Positions 17,583 to 28,017 are shown, numbered from the stretch's first letter. The stretch: DNA of 64,000 nt from an uncultured Acidobacteriota bacterium (GCA_963765755.1 CAVXXV010000004.1:259036-323035), one strand, 5' to 3'. The notes: generated from the sequence alone by a model not told the origin. Made by a program: numbers and translations.

Positions 17583-19934
17583 GTGAGCGTGTTGTCCTCC
17601 CGTACGTTCATTTTGTGCATCGTTGCAGGGATCGGGTATGGATCTCTGTGTGTTCCCCCGCACGCCTTCGGAAGGCAAGCCGACAGTGCTGCTACCTCGG
17701 GGACGCATAAGCCTGCTCCCAAGGCAGCCGGCCCGAAGTCGGGGAAGGCGCAATCCAGCAAGTCCAAGAGTACGCATGCTCCCGCAACCAAGAGCGCGGC
17801 CGCCAAAAAACGCAAGCGGCGCATGTCTCCGCGCGTGCAGCGTATCCGCCAGGCCTTTGTGGCCTCGGCGAGCCTGCGTCCCATGGCGCAACAACTTCTT
17901 CAGGAAAGAACTCCGGCAGCCTATGCCGGCGTGACCGCATATGCCCAGCGCCACTCCAAGGAAGACGCCGGCGCGCTGGCGTGGCTGGCAATTGGATACG
18001 CGCATGTTCTCGATCATGATTACGCGAAGGCCATCGATCCGCTAAATCACGCCAAGCCCAAGGCCGGCGATCTCGGCGACTACGTTGCGTACTACCTGGG
18101 CAGTTCCTACCTGCAGACGGGAAGGACGGCCGAGGCAGTCGCGACGCTGGCGGACTTCAGCAAAAACTATCCGGATTCGTTGCTTACGAAGGATGCGCAC
18201 GTGGTGTATGCGGGCGCGCTGGTGGCTGACAACCGTGCTGCGGAAGCGGCCGCCCTGCTCGAAGGCGATCGCGTCCCGGCACGTGCGGATGTGGAGCTTG
18301 GTTTGGGCCGTGCCTATGCGGCCATGGGACAGACAGAGAAAGCCGTGGCGGCGCTGCGCAACGTGTACTACCGCATGCCGACGAGCCCTGAAGCCGATAC
18401 GGCGAATACGGAACTGAAGAAGCTCACGGGCAGCATTTCTCCATTGTTGCTTACCGAGCGCCGCACCCGGGCCGACTTGTTCGCGAAGGGCAAACGGTAC
18501 AGCGACGCGGCCACCGAGTACCGCGATCTGCTCGACGAAGTGAGTCCCGACGACCGACCTTCACTGCAACTGGCTTTGGCAGCTGCTCTTCAAAAGAGCG
18601 GGCGTAGCAAAGATGCGAAACAGGTTCTGAATTCCACGCCCGACAGCACGCCGGAGATTGCGGCCCAGAAACTTTACCTGTTGGGCGAAGTGGCTCGTGC
18701 GGCAGACGATGACGAGGGCTTCCTGCGCTTGCAGGCGCAGCTCAGACAATCCGCACCCGCCAGTCCGTGGCTGGAGCAATCGCTGCTGGCTGCGGGCAAC
18801 GTCTACCTTCTGCGGCGAGACTACGATAAGGCGATTGACGCGTACCGGGAAATGCAGCAGCGCTTTCCCAACGGCGCGCGCGCATCGTACGCGCACTGGA
18901 AAGTGGCGTGGCTGAGCCTGCGCCAGGGACGGAACGAAGAAGCCAAGCAGGAGTTCGATCAGCAGGTCGCGCTCTATCCGGCTTCCGGAGAGGTTCCGGC
19001 GGCATTGTACTGGCGTGCGCGGCTCGCGGAAGAAGACAACGAACCGAACAAGGCGCGGGCCTACTACGAAAAGCTCTCGGATCGGTTCAGGAATTTCTAT
19101 TACGCAGAGCTCGCCCGACAGCGCCTGAAAGCACTGAAGCCGACGACCGAGCCCGTACAGTACGCGCTACTCGATCGGGTGCCTCCCCTTGACCTGTCGG
19201 GAAAAGTGACTACGAGCGAGCCTCCCGCTGAAGACTTGCACCTACAAAAGGCGCGACTTCTTGAGAACGGCGGCCTTGTCGACTTTGCCGTGCGTGAGAT
19301 CCAGGCGGCTCCGCCCAGCGAAGAAGGGAACTGGTCGCTGGCGGAAACCGCCCGTCTCTATCAGGACAGCGGGCGTTACGATCGCGCCATCCAAGTCATG
19401 AAACGCGGCGTGCCCAACTACTTTGCCGTGGATGTGCCCGAGTTGCCGCGCCCTTACTGGGAGGCTCTATTCCCGAAGGCCTACTGGGGCGACTTGAAGC
19501 GCTTCTCGACCGAGAACGAGTTGGATCCCTATCTCGTAGCATCGCTGATCCGTCAGGAATCCGAATTCAATCCGAATGCGATCTCTCGCGCGAATGCCGT
19601 CGGTCTGATGCAGTTGCTGCCGGTTACGGGAAAAAAGGTGGCGAAAGAAGTGAAAATGCATCACTTCAGCCCCAACCAGCTCTACACGCCTACCGTCAAC
19701 CTCCAGTTGGGTACACGCTACTTCAAGAGCATGGTCGACAAGTTCGGATCATTCGAGTATGCACTCGCAGCCTACAATGCGGGTTCGGATCGTGTCGAAG
19801 ATTGGCTGGCGCAAGGCAAGTACCGCGACCCGCAGGAATTCGTCGAATCCATCCCATTCACCGAGACGCGCGAGTACGTGCAAGCGATCATGCGCAATGC
19901 GAATGTTTATAAGCAGCTGTATGGAACGCCGTAG
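17583..19934 (+). CDS. Soluble lytic murein transglycosylase (Slt70-like, TPR/superhelical N-domain)
   Basis: The C-terminal SLT domain has SLIRQESEFNPNAISRANAVGLMQL and AAYNAG. GTG start, signal-like N-terminus. Confidence 0.85.
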   Translation: MSVLSSRTFILCIVAGIGYGSLCVPPHAFGRQADSAATSGTHKPAPKAAGPKSGKAQSSKSKSTHAPATKSAAAKKRKRRMSPRVQRIRQAFVASASLRPMAQQLLQERTPAAYAGVTAYAQRHSKEDAGALAWLAIGYAHVLDHDYAKAIDPLNHAKPKAGDLGDYVAYYLGSSYLQTGRTAEAVATLADFSKNYPDSLLTKDAHVVYAGALVADNRAAEAAALLEGDRVPARADVELGLGRAYAAMGQTEKAVAALRNVYYRMPTSPEADTANTELKKLTGSISPLLLTERRTRADLFAKGKRYSDAATEYRDLLDEVSPDDRPSLQLALAAALQKSGRSKDAKQVLNSTPDSTPEIAAQKLYLLGEVARAADDDEGFLRLQAQLRQSAPASPWLEQSLLAAGNVYLLRRDYDKAIDAYREMQQRFPNGARASYAHWKVAWLSLRQGRNEEAKQEFDQQVALYPASGEVPAALYWRARLAEEDNEPNKARAYYEKLSDRFRNFYYAELARQRLKALKPTTEPVQYALLDRVPPLDLSGKVTTSEPPAEDLHLQKARLLENGGLVDFAVREIQAAPPSEEGNWSLAETARLYQDSGRYDRAIQVMKRGVPNYFAVDVPELPRPYWEALFPKAYWGDLKRFSTENELDPYLVASLIRQESEFNPNAISRANAVGLMQLLPVTGKKVAKEVKMHHFSPNQLYTPTVNLQLGTRYFKSMVDKFGSFEYALAAYNAGSDRVEDWLAQGKYRDPQEFVESIPFTETREYVQAIMRNANVYKQLYGTP

Positions 19935-19973
19935 AGAGTTTCGAGCTTAACCCTTAACGTCCCAGCTGCAGTT

Positions 19974-20462
19974 CTAGCCAACTTTTCCTTCCGCTGGGGC
20001 TTTCGTAAACATGATTTCGTACACCAGCAACCCCGCGCCGATCACGATGGCGCTGTCGGCTACGTTGAACGCTGGCCACTGGTAGGAGCGTACGTAGAAA
20101 AGCAGGAAGTCGGTGACGTGGCCGGCGGTAAGACGGTCCCAGAGGTTGCCGATCGCTCCTCCCAGGATCAGTGAAAGTCCTATACCCGTAGTCGATAGCG
20201 TGTGGCTGTTTTTCCAGAGCAGCATCGAAACCACGATCAGCGCGATCACCGAGAAGAGCACCAGCGTTCCCACCGTCCAGGGCGACGATGAGTCGGCGAA
20301 AAGGCCGAACGCGGCGCCGCGATTTTCCAGATGGGTGAGGCGGAAAAACCCGGGAATAATCTGGATTCCGTCGTGCAGGGGAATGTTGCGTTCCACAGCC
20401 AGCTTGGCCAGACGGTCCAGCAGCACAACGAACGCGGCGATCAAGAGGTGAAATTTTCGCAT
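19974..20462 (-). CDS. lspA: Lipoprotein signal peptidase II
   Basis: FNVADSAIVIGAGLL and NRGAAFG motifs, four TM segments. The ATG at 20462 is preferred over the upstream GTG at 20492. Confidence 0.9.
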   Translation of the reverse strand: MRKFHLLIAAFVVLLDRLAKLAVERNIPLHDGIQIIPGFFRLTHLENRGAAFGLFADSSSPWTVGTLVLFSVIALIVVSMLLWKNSHTLSTTGIGLSLILGGAIGNLWDRLTAGHVTDFLLFYVRSYQWPAFNVADSAIVIGAGLLVYEIMFTKAPAEGKVG

Positions 20463-20498
20463 GGGGGACGAACTGCTTATCTCGGCCCGCACTAGGGC

Positions 20499-23324
20499 CT
20501 ACTGTTCACCTTCGATTTCTCTCAACACAGCACTGCAACGTTCGCAGACGGTCGGGTAGTTCTTGTTCTCGCCGACGTGCACGGAATAATTCCAGCAGCG
20601 CTCGCACTTCTGGCCGTCGGCTTTGCTGACGCTAACCGATACAGCACCGGTGCCATTGCCGGATTTCTTTTCCTCGAGTGTAACCGCCGACACGATGAAG
20701 ATGTAGCGCAGTTGATCACGGTAACGTGACAGCACGGAATAGACGGGTTCTGAGGCCATCACCTTTACTTGCGCCTCTACGGCCTTGCCGATCTGCTTAG
20801 CGTTGCGCGCTCCTTCCAGATCCTTCAGAACCTGCTCGCGCACGGAACGGAGGGTAGCCCAGTCCTCGAGCTGCTTCGGGTCGTCGGGAACATTCACAGT
20901 GCCGAAGATTTCTTCTGCTTTCGGAAACAACGCCGTGTGCACGGTCGAGGGACGACCGGCGGTCTGCGGCAGATATCCCCAAACTTCCTCGCAGGTGAAG
21001 CTCATGACAGGGGCCAGCAGCCGCACCATGGCTTCGAGGATGCGCCAGATGGTGGTCTGGGCGGCGCGGCGTCCTGGTGAATTTGGAGCCGAGGTATACA
21101 ACCGGTCTTTGAGCACGTCAAAGTAGAACGCGCTCAACTCCACAGCGCAGAAATTCAAGACGCGCTGGTAGATCTTGTGGAAGGCAAACTCGTCGTACCA
21201 GCGGACCACGTCGCTGGCCAAAGCAGCCGCCTGGCGCAGCATGTACTGATCGAGCGCTTGCAGTTTGTCGAACGGCAGGGCATCGCGCGTGGGGTCAAAG
21301 TCGTACAGGTTGCCCAGGCTGTTCTTGAAGAGATTGTTGCGGATCGTACGGTAGTTCTCCGCGATGCTCTGCATCAGGCGCTCGGAGCCGACGACGTCTT
21401 CGCGAAAGTCGACGGAGGCTACCCAGAGCCGGACGATTTCGGCGCCCAGGCGGTTGGAGATGTCGACTGGGTCGACGTCGTTGCCGCGCGACTTGGACAG
21501 CGCCTGGCCATTTTCATCGAGCGTCCAACCAACGGTCGCGACATGCTTGTAGGGCGCGTGATTCTCGGTGCCGACTGTGCAAAGCAGGGAAGAATGGAAC
21601 CAGCCACGATGCTGGTCGCCGCCCTCCAGGTACAAGTTCGAAACCGGCGGATACTGCGGTTCGGCAGCGCGCAGGGCGAGATAGCTGGAACCGGACTCGA
21701 ACCACACATCGAGGATGTCCATTTCCTTCTTGAACGTCGTTCCCTGGCAATGCCCGCAAGTCGTCCCTGCAGGGACCAGAGTGTCGGCTTCCGGCGTGTA
21801 CCACGCATCCGCCCCGGCGCGCGCAAACAGTGTTTCTACCGAGCGGTTCACCGCAGGGTTCATTAACGGCTTGCCGCATTTCTCGCAGAGGAACACCGCG
21901 ATCGGTACTCCCCAGATGCGCTGGCGCGAGACGCACCAGTCGGGACGCGTGGCGATCATGTTCGCGATGCGGCCTTCACCCCAAGCCGGATCCCATTTGG
22001 CTTTGCTGATTTCCTCGAGTGCGCGCGAACGCAGCGTTCCGCCCGCCATGGGTGTTTCCATCGAGATGAACCATTGCTCGGTCGCCCGGAAGATGATCGG
22101 GTTATGGCAACGCCAGCAATGCGGGTACGAATGCTCGATCTTCTCCGTGTGCAAAAGCACGCCGCGGGACTTTAGTAATTCGACGATGGAGGCATTGGCG
22201 TCGAAAACTCTCTTGCCTTCGTATTCGGGGAGGCCCTCGCGCAGAATGCCCGCTTCGTCCACCCGCGAAGTGGCGTCCAGGTCGTATTTCAGGCCGGTGA
22301 CAAAATCGTCCGCGCCGTGCGAAGGCGCCGTGTGTACCACGCCCGTCCCGGTATCCATGGTCACATACTCAGCGAGGACGCCAAGAACATTGCGATCCAG
22401 GAAAGGATGACGGAAATTGACTCTCTCCATCTTGCGTCCGGGGAAGCGTACGATCTCGGTCGCACCGGCAAGACTGCATTTAGCAATCACATCCTGGGCA
22501 AGCTTTGCGCCCACGATGTAGACCTCGCCGCCGGATTCGAGCGCGACGTACTCTTCGTCGGGATGAAAAGCCACTGCCATCGATGCGGGCAAGGTCCAGG
22601 GGGTCGTGGTCCAGATGATGGTGAAGACTTTCTTCCCACGCAACGACGCGTCGATCGCCGAGGGATCATCCGCCATCGCATACTTCACCCACACGGTCGG
22701 GCTGGTGTGGTTCTCGTATTCGACTTCCGCTTCGGCGAGCGCCGTTTTATCGTAGATGCACCAGTAGACCGAGCGCAGGCCCTTGTACACGAATCCGTGC
22801 TCGAGGAACGAGTAGAACGTGCGCAGCACGATCGACTCGTACTCGGGAGTCATCGTGGAATAAGGGTTGTCCCAGCGTCCAAAAACACCAATGCGCTTGA
22901 ATTGCCCGCGCTGCAGGTCCAGAAACTTTTGAGCGTACTTCCGGCACTCCAGGCGAACCTCGGTGGGATTTAGCTGGAGCTTCTTTTTGCCCAGTTGCTG
23001 GTCGACTTTGATCTCGATCGGGAGGCCATGGCAGTCCCATCCTGGGACATAGGGCGCATCAAACCCGCTCATGCTTTTGGACTTCACAATGAAATCCTTC
23101 AGGCACTTGTTCAGGGCGTGCCCAAGGTGCAGGGCGCCGTTGGCGTAGGGTGGCCCGTCGTGCAGGACATACACCGGCAAGCCCTTACGCGCTTCCTGGA
23201 TGCGCTTGTAAATGTCCGTCTCTTCCCAGCGAGCCAGTATTTTTGGCTCGTTTTGCGGCAAATTGGCTTTCATGGGGAAGTCAGTTTTGGGAAGATTGAC
23301 GGTCGTCTTGAGCTCAAGCGGCAC
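20499..23324 (-). CDS. ileS: Isoleucine--tRNA ligase
   Basis: TVNLPKTDFPMKANLP N-terminus, HLGH, KMSKS-like KSRGN, and a C-terminal Zn-finger CxxC pair. The GTG at 23324 (preceded by AGGAGA) gives 941 aa, comparable with E. coli IleS. The track ORF extends to 23495. Confidence 0.93.
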   Translation of the reverse strand: MPLELKTTVNLPKTDFPMKANLPQNEPKILARWEETDIYKRIQEARKGLPVYVLHDGPPYANGALHLGHALNKCLKDFIVKSKSMSGFDAPYVPGWDCHGLPIEIKVDQQLGKKKLQLNPTEVRLECRKYAQKFLDLQRGQFKRIGVFGRWDNPYSTMTPEYESIVLRTFYSFLEHGFVYKGLRSVYWCIYDKTALAEAEVEYENHTSPTVWVKYAMADDPSAIDASLRGKKVFTIIWTTTPWTLPASMAVAFHPDEEYVALESGGEVYIVGAKLAQDVIAKCSLAGATEIVRFPGRKMERVNFRHPFLDRNVLGVLAEYVTMDTGTGVVHTAPSHGADDFVTGLKYDLDATSRVDEAGILREGLPEYEGKRVFDANASIVELLKSRGVLLHTEKIEHSYPHCWRCHNPIIFRATEQWFISMETPMAGGTLRSRALEEISKAKWDPAWGEGRIANMIATRPDWCVSRQRIWGVPIAVFLCEKCGKPLMNPAVNRSVETLFARAGADAWYTPEADTLVPAGTTCGHCQGTTFKKEMDILDVWFESGSSYLALRAAEPQYPPVSNLYLEGGDQHRGWFHSSLLCTVGTENHAPYKHVATVGWTLDENGQALSKSRGNDVDPVDISNRLGAEIVRLWVASVDFREDVVGSERLMQSIAENYRTIRNNLFKNSLGNLYDFDPTRDALPFDKLQALDQYMLRQAAALASDVVRWYDEFAFHKIYQRVLNFCAVELSAFYFDVLKDRLYTSAPNSPGRRAAQTTIWRILEAMVRLLAPVMSFTCEEVWGYLPQTAGRPSTVHTALFPKAEEIFGTVNVPDDPKQLEDWATLRSVREQVLKDLEGARNAKQIGKAVEAQVKVMASEPVYSVLSRYRDQLRYIFIVSAVTLEEKKSGNGTGAVSVSVSKADGQKCERCWNYSVHVGENKNYPTVCERCSAVLREIEGEQ

Positions 23325-23662
23325 GCGGCAAATTTCTCCTAAATGGTTGATTTTCATTATAGGGAGGGAGCGAAAGTACGTCCATTGAGGCCGGACAGGA
23401 GTACCTAGGTCGTGTATCAATGGGACTTCGAAATGTACTGTCGAATTATGAGAAAAAAAGTGTACAATTTTCATCGACTGTAGTTCTTGCCGCATCTAAC
23501 CGTCTGAATCGAATGGGGAAGGGGTAGCCGTGCGAGCGGCACTGTGGTTGCTCGAATTAGCTGAGTGAAGCAGGCAACTTGGTAGAGCGAGCGATCATCA
23601 GGTAAAGAAGCAGCGGTCTACCCAGCCAGTGCGAGACAAACAGAAGTTACCGTTTCTCAGTT

Positions 23663-24904
23663 ATGGCACCAGAAAATCAGCTTTCCGATCATCGCGAGCC
23701 AGAGTTAGATTTACTCCTGCCTAAAGGCACGCTCGATGTGCCGCTATGGAAATCACTGTTCGCGAGCATTGATGCTGCGCTGTTCCCCAAAAAACTTCCG
23801 CCTCTGGTACTGACCTCGAGGCCCGAGGCGCAAGGCGAGCTTTGGGGCGAGCGTCTCACGCGACCATGGTGGCAGTCGGTGTTCAGCAACCTGCGGGACG
23901 TGGTGTTCCCGCCGAAGTTGCCGCCGCTGCAGCTGACTTCAACCCCGGTCGAAGGCGAGAATGCGCTGGACGACGATCTCGCGCTCCCGTGGTACCGGTC
24001 GCTGTTCTCGAACCTGAAAGACGCATTCTTCCCGGAGAAACTGCCGCCGCTTGTGTTGACCTCCAAGCCCGCTGCGGTACGTGATATCTGGGGGTTCTAC
24101 AATTACAAGAAAAATGGCGCGCTGGCCTCCACCGGCGTGCACGTTGTGCTGATCGCATTGCTGATTGGCGGAACGATGTATGCAAACCGGGCTGTGACCG
24201 TGGTGAAAAAACAAGGTCCGGTCATGCCGCTGCTGTCGGACGCAGACATTCCGCCCCTGCCGCCTTCCAAGACTCAAGTCGGTGGCGGCGGCGGTGGTGG
24301 CGATCGCGACAAACTGGCCGCCACGAAGGGCAGACTGCCCAAGTTGGCGATGGAGCAGATCACGCCGCCCATGGTGGTGGTGCGCAACGAGAATCCCAAA
24401 CTGCCAGTTGAGCCTACCGTCGTCGTTCCTCCACAGATCAAGCTCGCGATGAACAACATGCCGAATCTCGGCGATCCTATGGCTGCGATTCCGAACGGTC
24501 CGCTTTCGAATGGCACGGGATCGGGCGGAGGCATCGGCTCTGGTTCCGGAGGCGGCGTGGGCTCGGGTGAAGGGCCGGGCGTCGGTCCGGGGCGTGGTGG
24601 TGGCATCGGCGGCGGCGTTTTCCACGTGGGTGGAGGCGTTTCTGCTCCCAAGCCCGTGTTCTCCCCGGATCCTGAGTATTCGGAAGAAGCGCGCAAGGCG
24701 AAGTATCAGGGAACGGTTGTTCTCGGGCTCGTCGTAGGACCTGATGGCCGTCCGCGGGACATGAAGGTTCTGCGCAGCCTGGGACTTGGTCTGGATGAAA
24801 AAGCTATCGAGGCTGTGAAGAACTGGCGCTTCGATCCGGCCGTGAAAGATAACAAGCCGGTGGCCGTGTATATCAGCGTGGAAGTGGATTTCCGGTTGTA
24901 CTAA
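23663..24904 (+). CDS. TonB-family energy transducer with an extended repeat-containing cytoplasmic N-terminus
   Basis: One TM segment (VHVVLIALLIGGTMYA), a Pro/Gly-rich spacer, and a C-terminal TonB domain (EEARKAKYQGTVVLGLVVGPDGRP...AIEAVKNWRFDPA). Confidence 0.8.
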   Translation: MAPENQLSDHREPELDLLLPKGTLDVPLWKSLFASIDAALFPKKLPPLVLTSRPEAQGELWGERLTRPWWQSVFSNLRDVVFPPKLPPLQLTSTPVEGENALDDDLALPWYRSLFSNLKDAFFPEKLPPLVLTSKPAAVRDIWGFYNYKKNGALASTGVHVVLIALLIGGTMYANRAVTVVKKQGPVMPLLSDADIPPLPPSKTQVGGGGGGGDRDKLAATKGRLPKLAMEQITPPMVVVRNENPKLPVEPTVVVPPQIKLAMNNMPNLGDPMAAIPNGPLSNGTGSGGGIGSGSGGGVGSGEGPGVGPGRGGGIGGGVFHVGGGVSAPKPVFSPDPEYSEEARKAKYQGTVVLGLVVGPDGRPRDMKVLRSLGLGLDEKAIEAVKNWRFDPAVKDNKPVAVYISVEVDFRLY

Positions 24905-24927
24905 GATTTTCGAGCTTGGTTTGCATC

Positions 24928-24957
24928 AGGACCGCGGCGTGCGGTCCTTTTGCTTTT
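24928..24957 (+). terminator. Rho-independent terminator after the TonB-like gene
   Basis: AGGACCGC-ggcgt-GCGGTCCT followed by TTTTGCTTTT. Confidence 0.6.
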
Positions 24958-25024
24958 AGGGAGGAGAAGCTTTTACCACAGAGGACACGGAGGAGCACGG
25001 AAGAACCCCTAACGAGCGCGCTCT

Positions 25025-25873
25025 TTATTCCTTAAGATCTACGTGCTCGACCGAATTTATGGGATGGCCCAGAAAATTGGGACCGAGACGGCGGAACTTC
25101 TCTACCGAGTCAGTGGCGAAAAACTGCAGGTAGGGTGATTGTCGTTCGGGTGGAACGTCTCCATGAAGGTCACGAATTTTCTGCGCGACCGCGAGCGCAG
25201 TGGAGTGTGCTGAGTCTACGACACTGACTGTGCCCGGCGCGGTTCGACGCAACAGGGGCTTGATCAGCGGGTAATGAGTGCAGCCCAGCACCAGGACATC
25301 AGCATCGTGGAAGCCATCACCGAACGCGTCGTTTAAATAAATCTTAGCTACCTCTTCGGTGACCGGGTGATTCACCCAACCTTCCTCCACCAACGGAACG
25401 AGCAACGGGCAAGCCTTCTCGCGGGCTGCGATGCCGCGCCGCTCCAAAGCCTTCAGGTAGGCGTGGCTGCTGACGGTTGCCTCCGTGCCGATCACCACCA
25501 CGCGACGAGCCTTGCTGGCGGCGGCGGCCTGCTCGGCGCCAGGTTCGACTACGCCGATCACAGGAACTTTCGCGGCGCGGGTGATCTGATCGAGCGCCAG
25601 CGCGGTTGCGGTGTTGCACGCAATGACGAGAAGGGTCGCGGACTGGCCTTCCAGAAAATGCGTGGCTTCCACCGCGTACTTGGCGACCGTTTCCACCGAT
25701 TTGGATCCGTAGGGAAGGCGGGCCGTATCGCCGAAGTAGAGATAGTCGGCACCTGGAATCAGCGCCACTAGTTCTTTGAGCACGGTGAGGCCGCCGAAGC
25801 CAGAGTCGAACACTCCAATGGTTGGTCTGGGCGCTGGGGAAGTCATCGTCAATTTCATCATAAAGGATGTCAT
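25025..25873 (-). CDS. murI: Glutamate racemase
   Basis: IGVFDSGFGGLTVL, CNTA and GCTHYP motifs. The start could be Met10 at 25846. Confidence 0.9.
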   Translation of the reverse strand: MTSFMMKLTMTSPAPRPTIGVFDSGFGGLTVLKELVALIPGADYLYFGDTARLPYGSKSVETVAKYAVEATHFLEGQSATLLVIACNTATALALDQITRAAKVPVIGVVEPGAEQAAAASKARRVVVIGTEATVSSHAYLKALERRGIAAREKACPLLVPLVEEGWVNHPVTEEVAKIYLNDAFGDGFHDADVLVLGCTHYPLIKPLLRRTAPGTVSVVDSAHSTALAVAQKIRDLHGDVPPERQSPYLQFFATDSVEKFRRLGPNFLGHPINSVEHVDLKE

Positions 25874-25993
25874 GCGGATATCGTGTGCTGCGCATGGTTC
25901 GCTTGATCAACTCTGCGCCCGCGACCCAATGGCAGGTCCATACAGGCTGGTGCGATAGAATCATCCCTCGACGATTCCCGTCCGAGGTGTTCC

Positions 25994-26716
25994 ATGCGCA
26001 TTCTCGTGCTCAGCATCGCGGTTGCATTAGGCTGCTCTACGCATGCCGCCGCTCAGTTTGACGAGATACTGAAGAAAGCTGGAGACACACTCGCGCACGG
26101 CAACACCGCCGGCCTGAGCGACGACAAGATCATCGCGGGCCTCAAGCAGGCTCTGCAGGTGAGCACAGGGAAAGCGGTGGCGCTCACCGGCAGGCCCGAC
26201 GGCTTCCTGAAGAATCAAGCCATCAAGATCCTGCTGCCACCCAAACTCGAGACTCTTGGCCGAGGCATGCGTATGCTGGGCATGGGAGCGAGAGTCGACG
26301 AACTTGAAGTCGGAATGAACCGTGCGGCCGAGCAAGCCACTCCGCAAGCCAAGCAGATTTTTCTCTCCGCGCTTCGCAAGATGACTTTCGACGACGCCCG
26401 CCAGGTGCTCACCGGAGGCGACACCGCAGCCACCGATTACTTCAAGCGCAGCAGTTCCGGCGATCTCACGACCACCTTCTCACCCATCGTCCATCGCTCC
26501 ATGGAGCGCGTGGGCGTCGTTCAGCAGTACAACCAGGTGCTCGCCAATGCGCCCGGCGGCAACGCTCTCGCCGGGCAATTCGACATCGACAAATATGTAG
26601 TCGGCAAAACGCTGGACGGCCTCTTTCTCATGTTGGGAGAAGAAGAAAAGAAAATCCGCAAGGATCCTGCCGCCCAGACCACAGCGTTATTGAAGGAAGT
26701 TTTCGGCAGAAAGTAG
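25994..26716 (+). CDS. DUF4197-family secreted protein
   Basis: Signal peptide, then [22 protein letters not shown] and [25 protein letters not shown], matching my recollection of the DUF4197 pattern. Confidence 0.75.
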   Translation: MRILVLSIAVALGCSTHAAAQFDEILKKAGDTLAHGNTAGLSDDKIIAGLKQALQVSTGKAVALTGRPDGFLKNQAIKILLPPKLETLGRGMRMLGMGARVDELEVGMNRAAEQATPQAKQIFLSALRKMTFDDARQVLTGGDTAATDYFKRSSSGDLTTTFSPIVHRSMERVGVVQQYNQVLANAPGGNALAGQFDIDKYVVGKTLDGLFLMLGEEEKKIRKDPAAQTTALLKEVFGRK

Positions 26717-26778
26717 TTAAGAAGTTACGACGCGATGCGCACGCGCATCGGGCAGGCTGCGGCACCGGTTGAAACTTT

Positions 26779-28017
26779 CTACCGCCCGGTCTTGACGCTG
26801 GCCTGCTCCGAGAGATCGGCTGCCTCTTCTCCCAGGACTTTCCCTCCGCAGCAAGGCCCCGGCGGGATGGGCGCGCCGTGCGGGCAGGTCTTCGGGTGTC
26901 CAAGGAACGAACAAATCTTGTCAGTCGCGCCGGGCGAGAGGATGTGCTCGAACTTGCAGGCTTGTTCTTCGATCTCGGTTTCGCTGTCCATGGCGAGACT
27001 GTCGGTGAAGAGGCGTTCCGCCAGTCTGTGCCGGCGAATGATGCTGCCGGCCTTGTCGCGTCCGCGCGGCGTCAGGGTGACCAGGGCGCTGCCATCGGGA
27101 ACGAAAATTCCCTGCGGACGCATGGCATCGTGACATGGGTTGATGAAAGGCTTGTGCCGGTGAGATTCCGGTGGATGGGGACTGGTAATCACGAGTCCAA
27201 GCTCGGACATCTTTTCCACGGCGATGCTGACGGGCAGGGCACCGTGCATTTCCATGCGTCCCAACTCGGCCCGTTCACCGTGTTCTTCCATGACCCATAG
27301 TTCCTCGAGGATTTCGTCGAACTGCTCCTCGTCGGCCAGAGCAAAGACTTCCTGCGCGGCGATCTTGCCGTGGTGTAACTCGATACGACGGTCGGCGAGT
27401 CTTGCCACGACGGGATCATGCGTAACCATCACAATGGTGCGTCCCTGCTGGTGAAACTCGCGCAGCAGGCGCAGCACAATTTCCTCGTTCTGCGCGTCGA
27501 GATTACCGGTCGGCTCATCGGCCAGGATGATTTTGGGATCGTTAATCAGCGCGCGCGCAATGCAGACGCGCTGCTGCTCGCCACCCGACAGTTGCGAGGG
27601 CACGTGATGGCAGCGGTCTTTCAATCCTACGCGCTCCAGCGCGTCGAGCGCCTCCTTCTCATCGGTCATGCTGTGGAAGTATTGCGCGAGCATGACGTTC
27701 TCGACTGCCGTCAGATAAGGGATGAGGTGAAACTGCTGAAAGACGAAACCAATCTTTTCGGCGCGCACGCGATTCAACTCAGCGGCGGAGATGTCGGCGA
27801 CGTCCTGTCCGTCGAGCCAGATTTCGCCGCTGCTCGGACGATCGAGGCAGCCGATCAGGTTCACCAGCGTCGACTTGCCGGAGCCCGAAGGGCCCATAAT
27901 CGAGACCCATTCACCCGGGTCAACGGTCAGCGAGAAGTCATCCAGCGCCCGGATGGTGCCGCCGTTTTCCTCGGCCTTGGCGGGATAGAGGCGGCTGATT
28001 TTCTTAAGCTTGATCAC
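26779..28017 (-). CDS. ABC transporter ATP-binding protein (MacB/LolD-like) fused to a C-terminal DtxR/IdeR-like metal-sensor module
   Basis: [25 protein letters not shown] and VTHD in the first ~225 aa. The remainder has [16 protein letters not shown] and CPHGAPIP, as in the DtxR family. Confidence 0.85.
   Translation of the reverse strand: MIKLKKISRLYPAKAEENGGTIRALDDFSLTVDPGEWVSIMGPSGSGKSTLVNLIGCLDRPSSGEIWLDGQDVADISAAELNRVRAEKIGFVFQQFHLIPYLTAVENVMLAQYFHSMTDEKEALDALERVGLKDRCHHVPSQLSGGEQQRVCIARALINDPKIILADEPTGNLDAQNEEIVLRLLREFHQQGRTIVMVTHDPVVARLADRRIELHHGKIAAQEVFALADEEQFDEILEELWVMEEHGERAELGRMEMHGALPVSIAVEKMSELGLVITSPHPPESHRHKPFINPCHDAMRPQGIFVPDGSALVTLTPRGRDKAGSIIRRHRLAERLFTDSLAMDSETEIEEQACKFEHILSPGATDKICSFLGHPKTCPHGAPIPPGPCCGGKVLGEEAADLSEQASVKTGR

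Noticed and set aside
23325-23662. A possible T-box or leader RNA upstream of ileS. The minus strand contains GGGTAGACCGCTG, vaguely like the T-box GGGTGGTACCGCG.
   Set aside because: The motif is imperfect and lies at the far 5' end of the spacer, more than 250 nt from the start codon, rather than next to a terminator or RBS-sequestering helix. I could not find a convincing specifier loop with AUC or a stem I GA motif.
24603-24620. A second parS-like sequence, TTTTCCACGTGGGTGG.
   Set aside because: Only the central CCACGTGG and one arm match; the other arm matches at 0 of 4 positions. It lies inside the TonB-like coding region and is most likely a chance half-site.
24960-25010. ACCACAGAGGACACGGAGGAGCACGG, and similar CGCAAAG-type motifs at 11790-11860, which look like dispersed repeat families I associate with this phylum.
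   Set aside because: Only one copy of each occurs in this window, so repeat status cannot be supported from the sequence provided. The 11831-11852 hairpin (GCGGTTAA-N6-TTAACCGC) lacks a U-tract.
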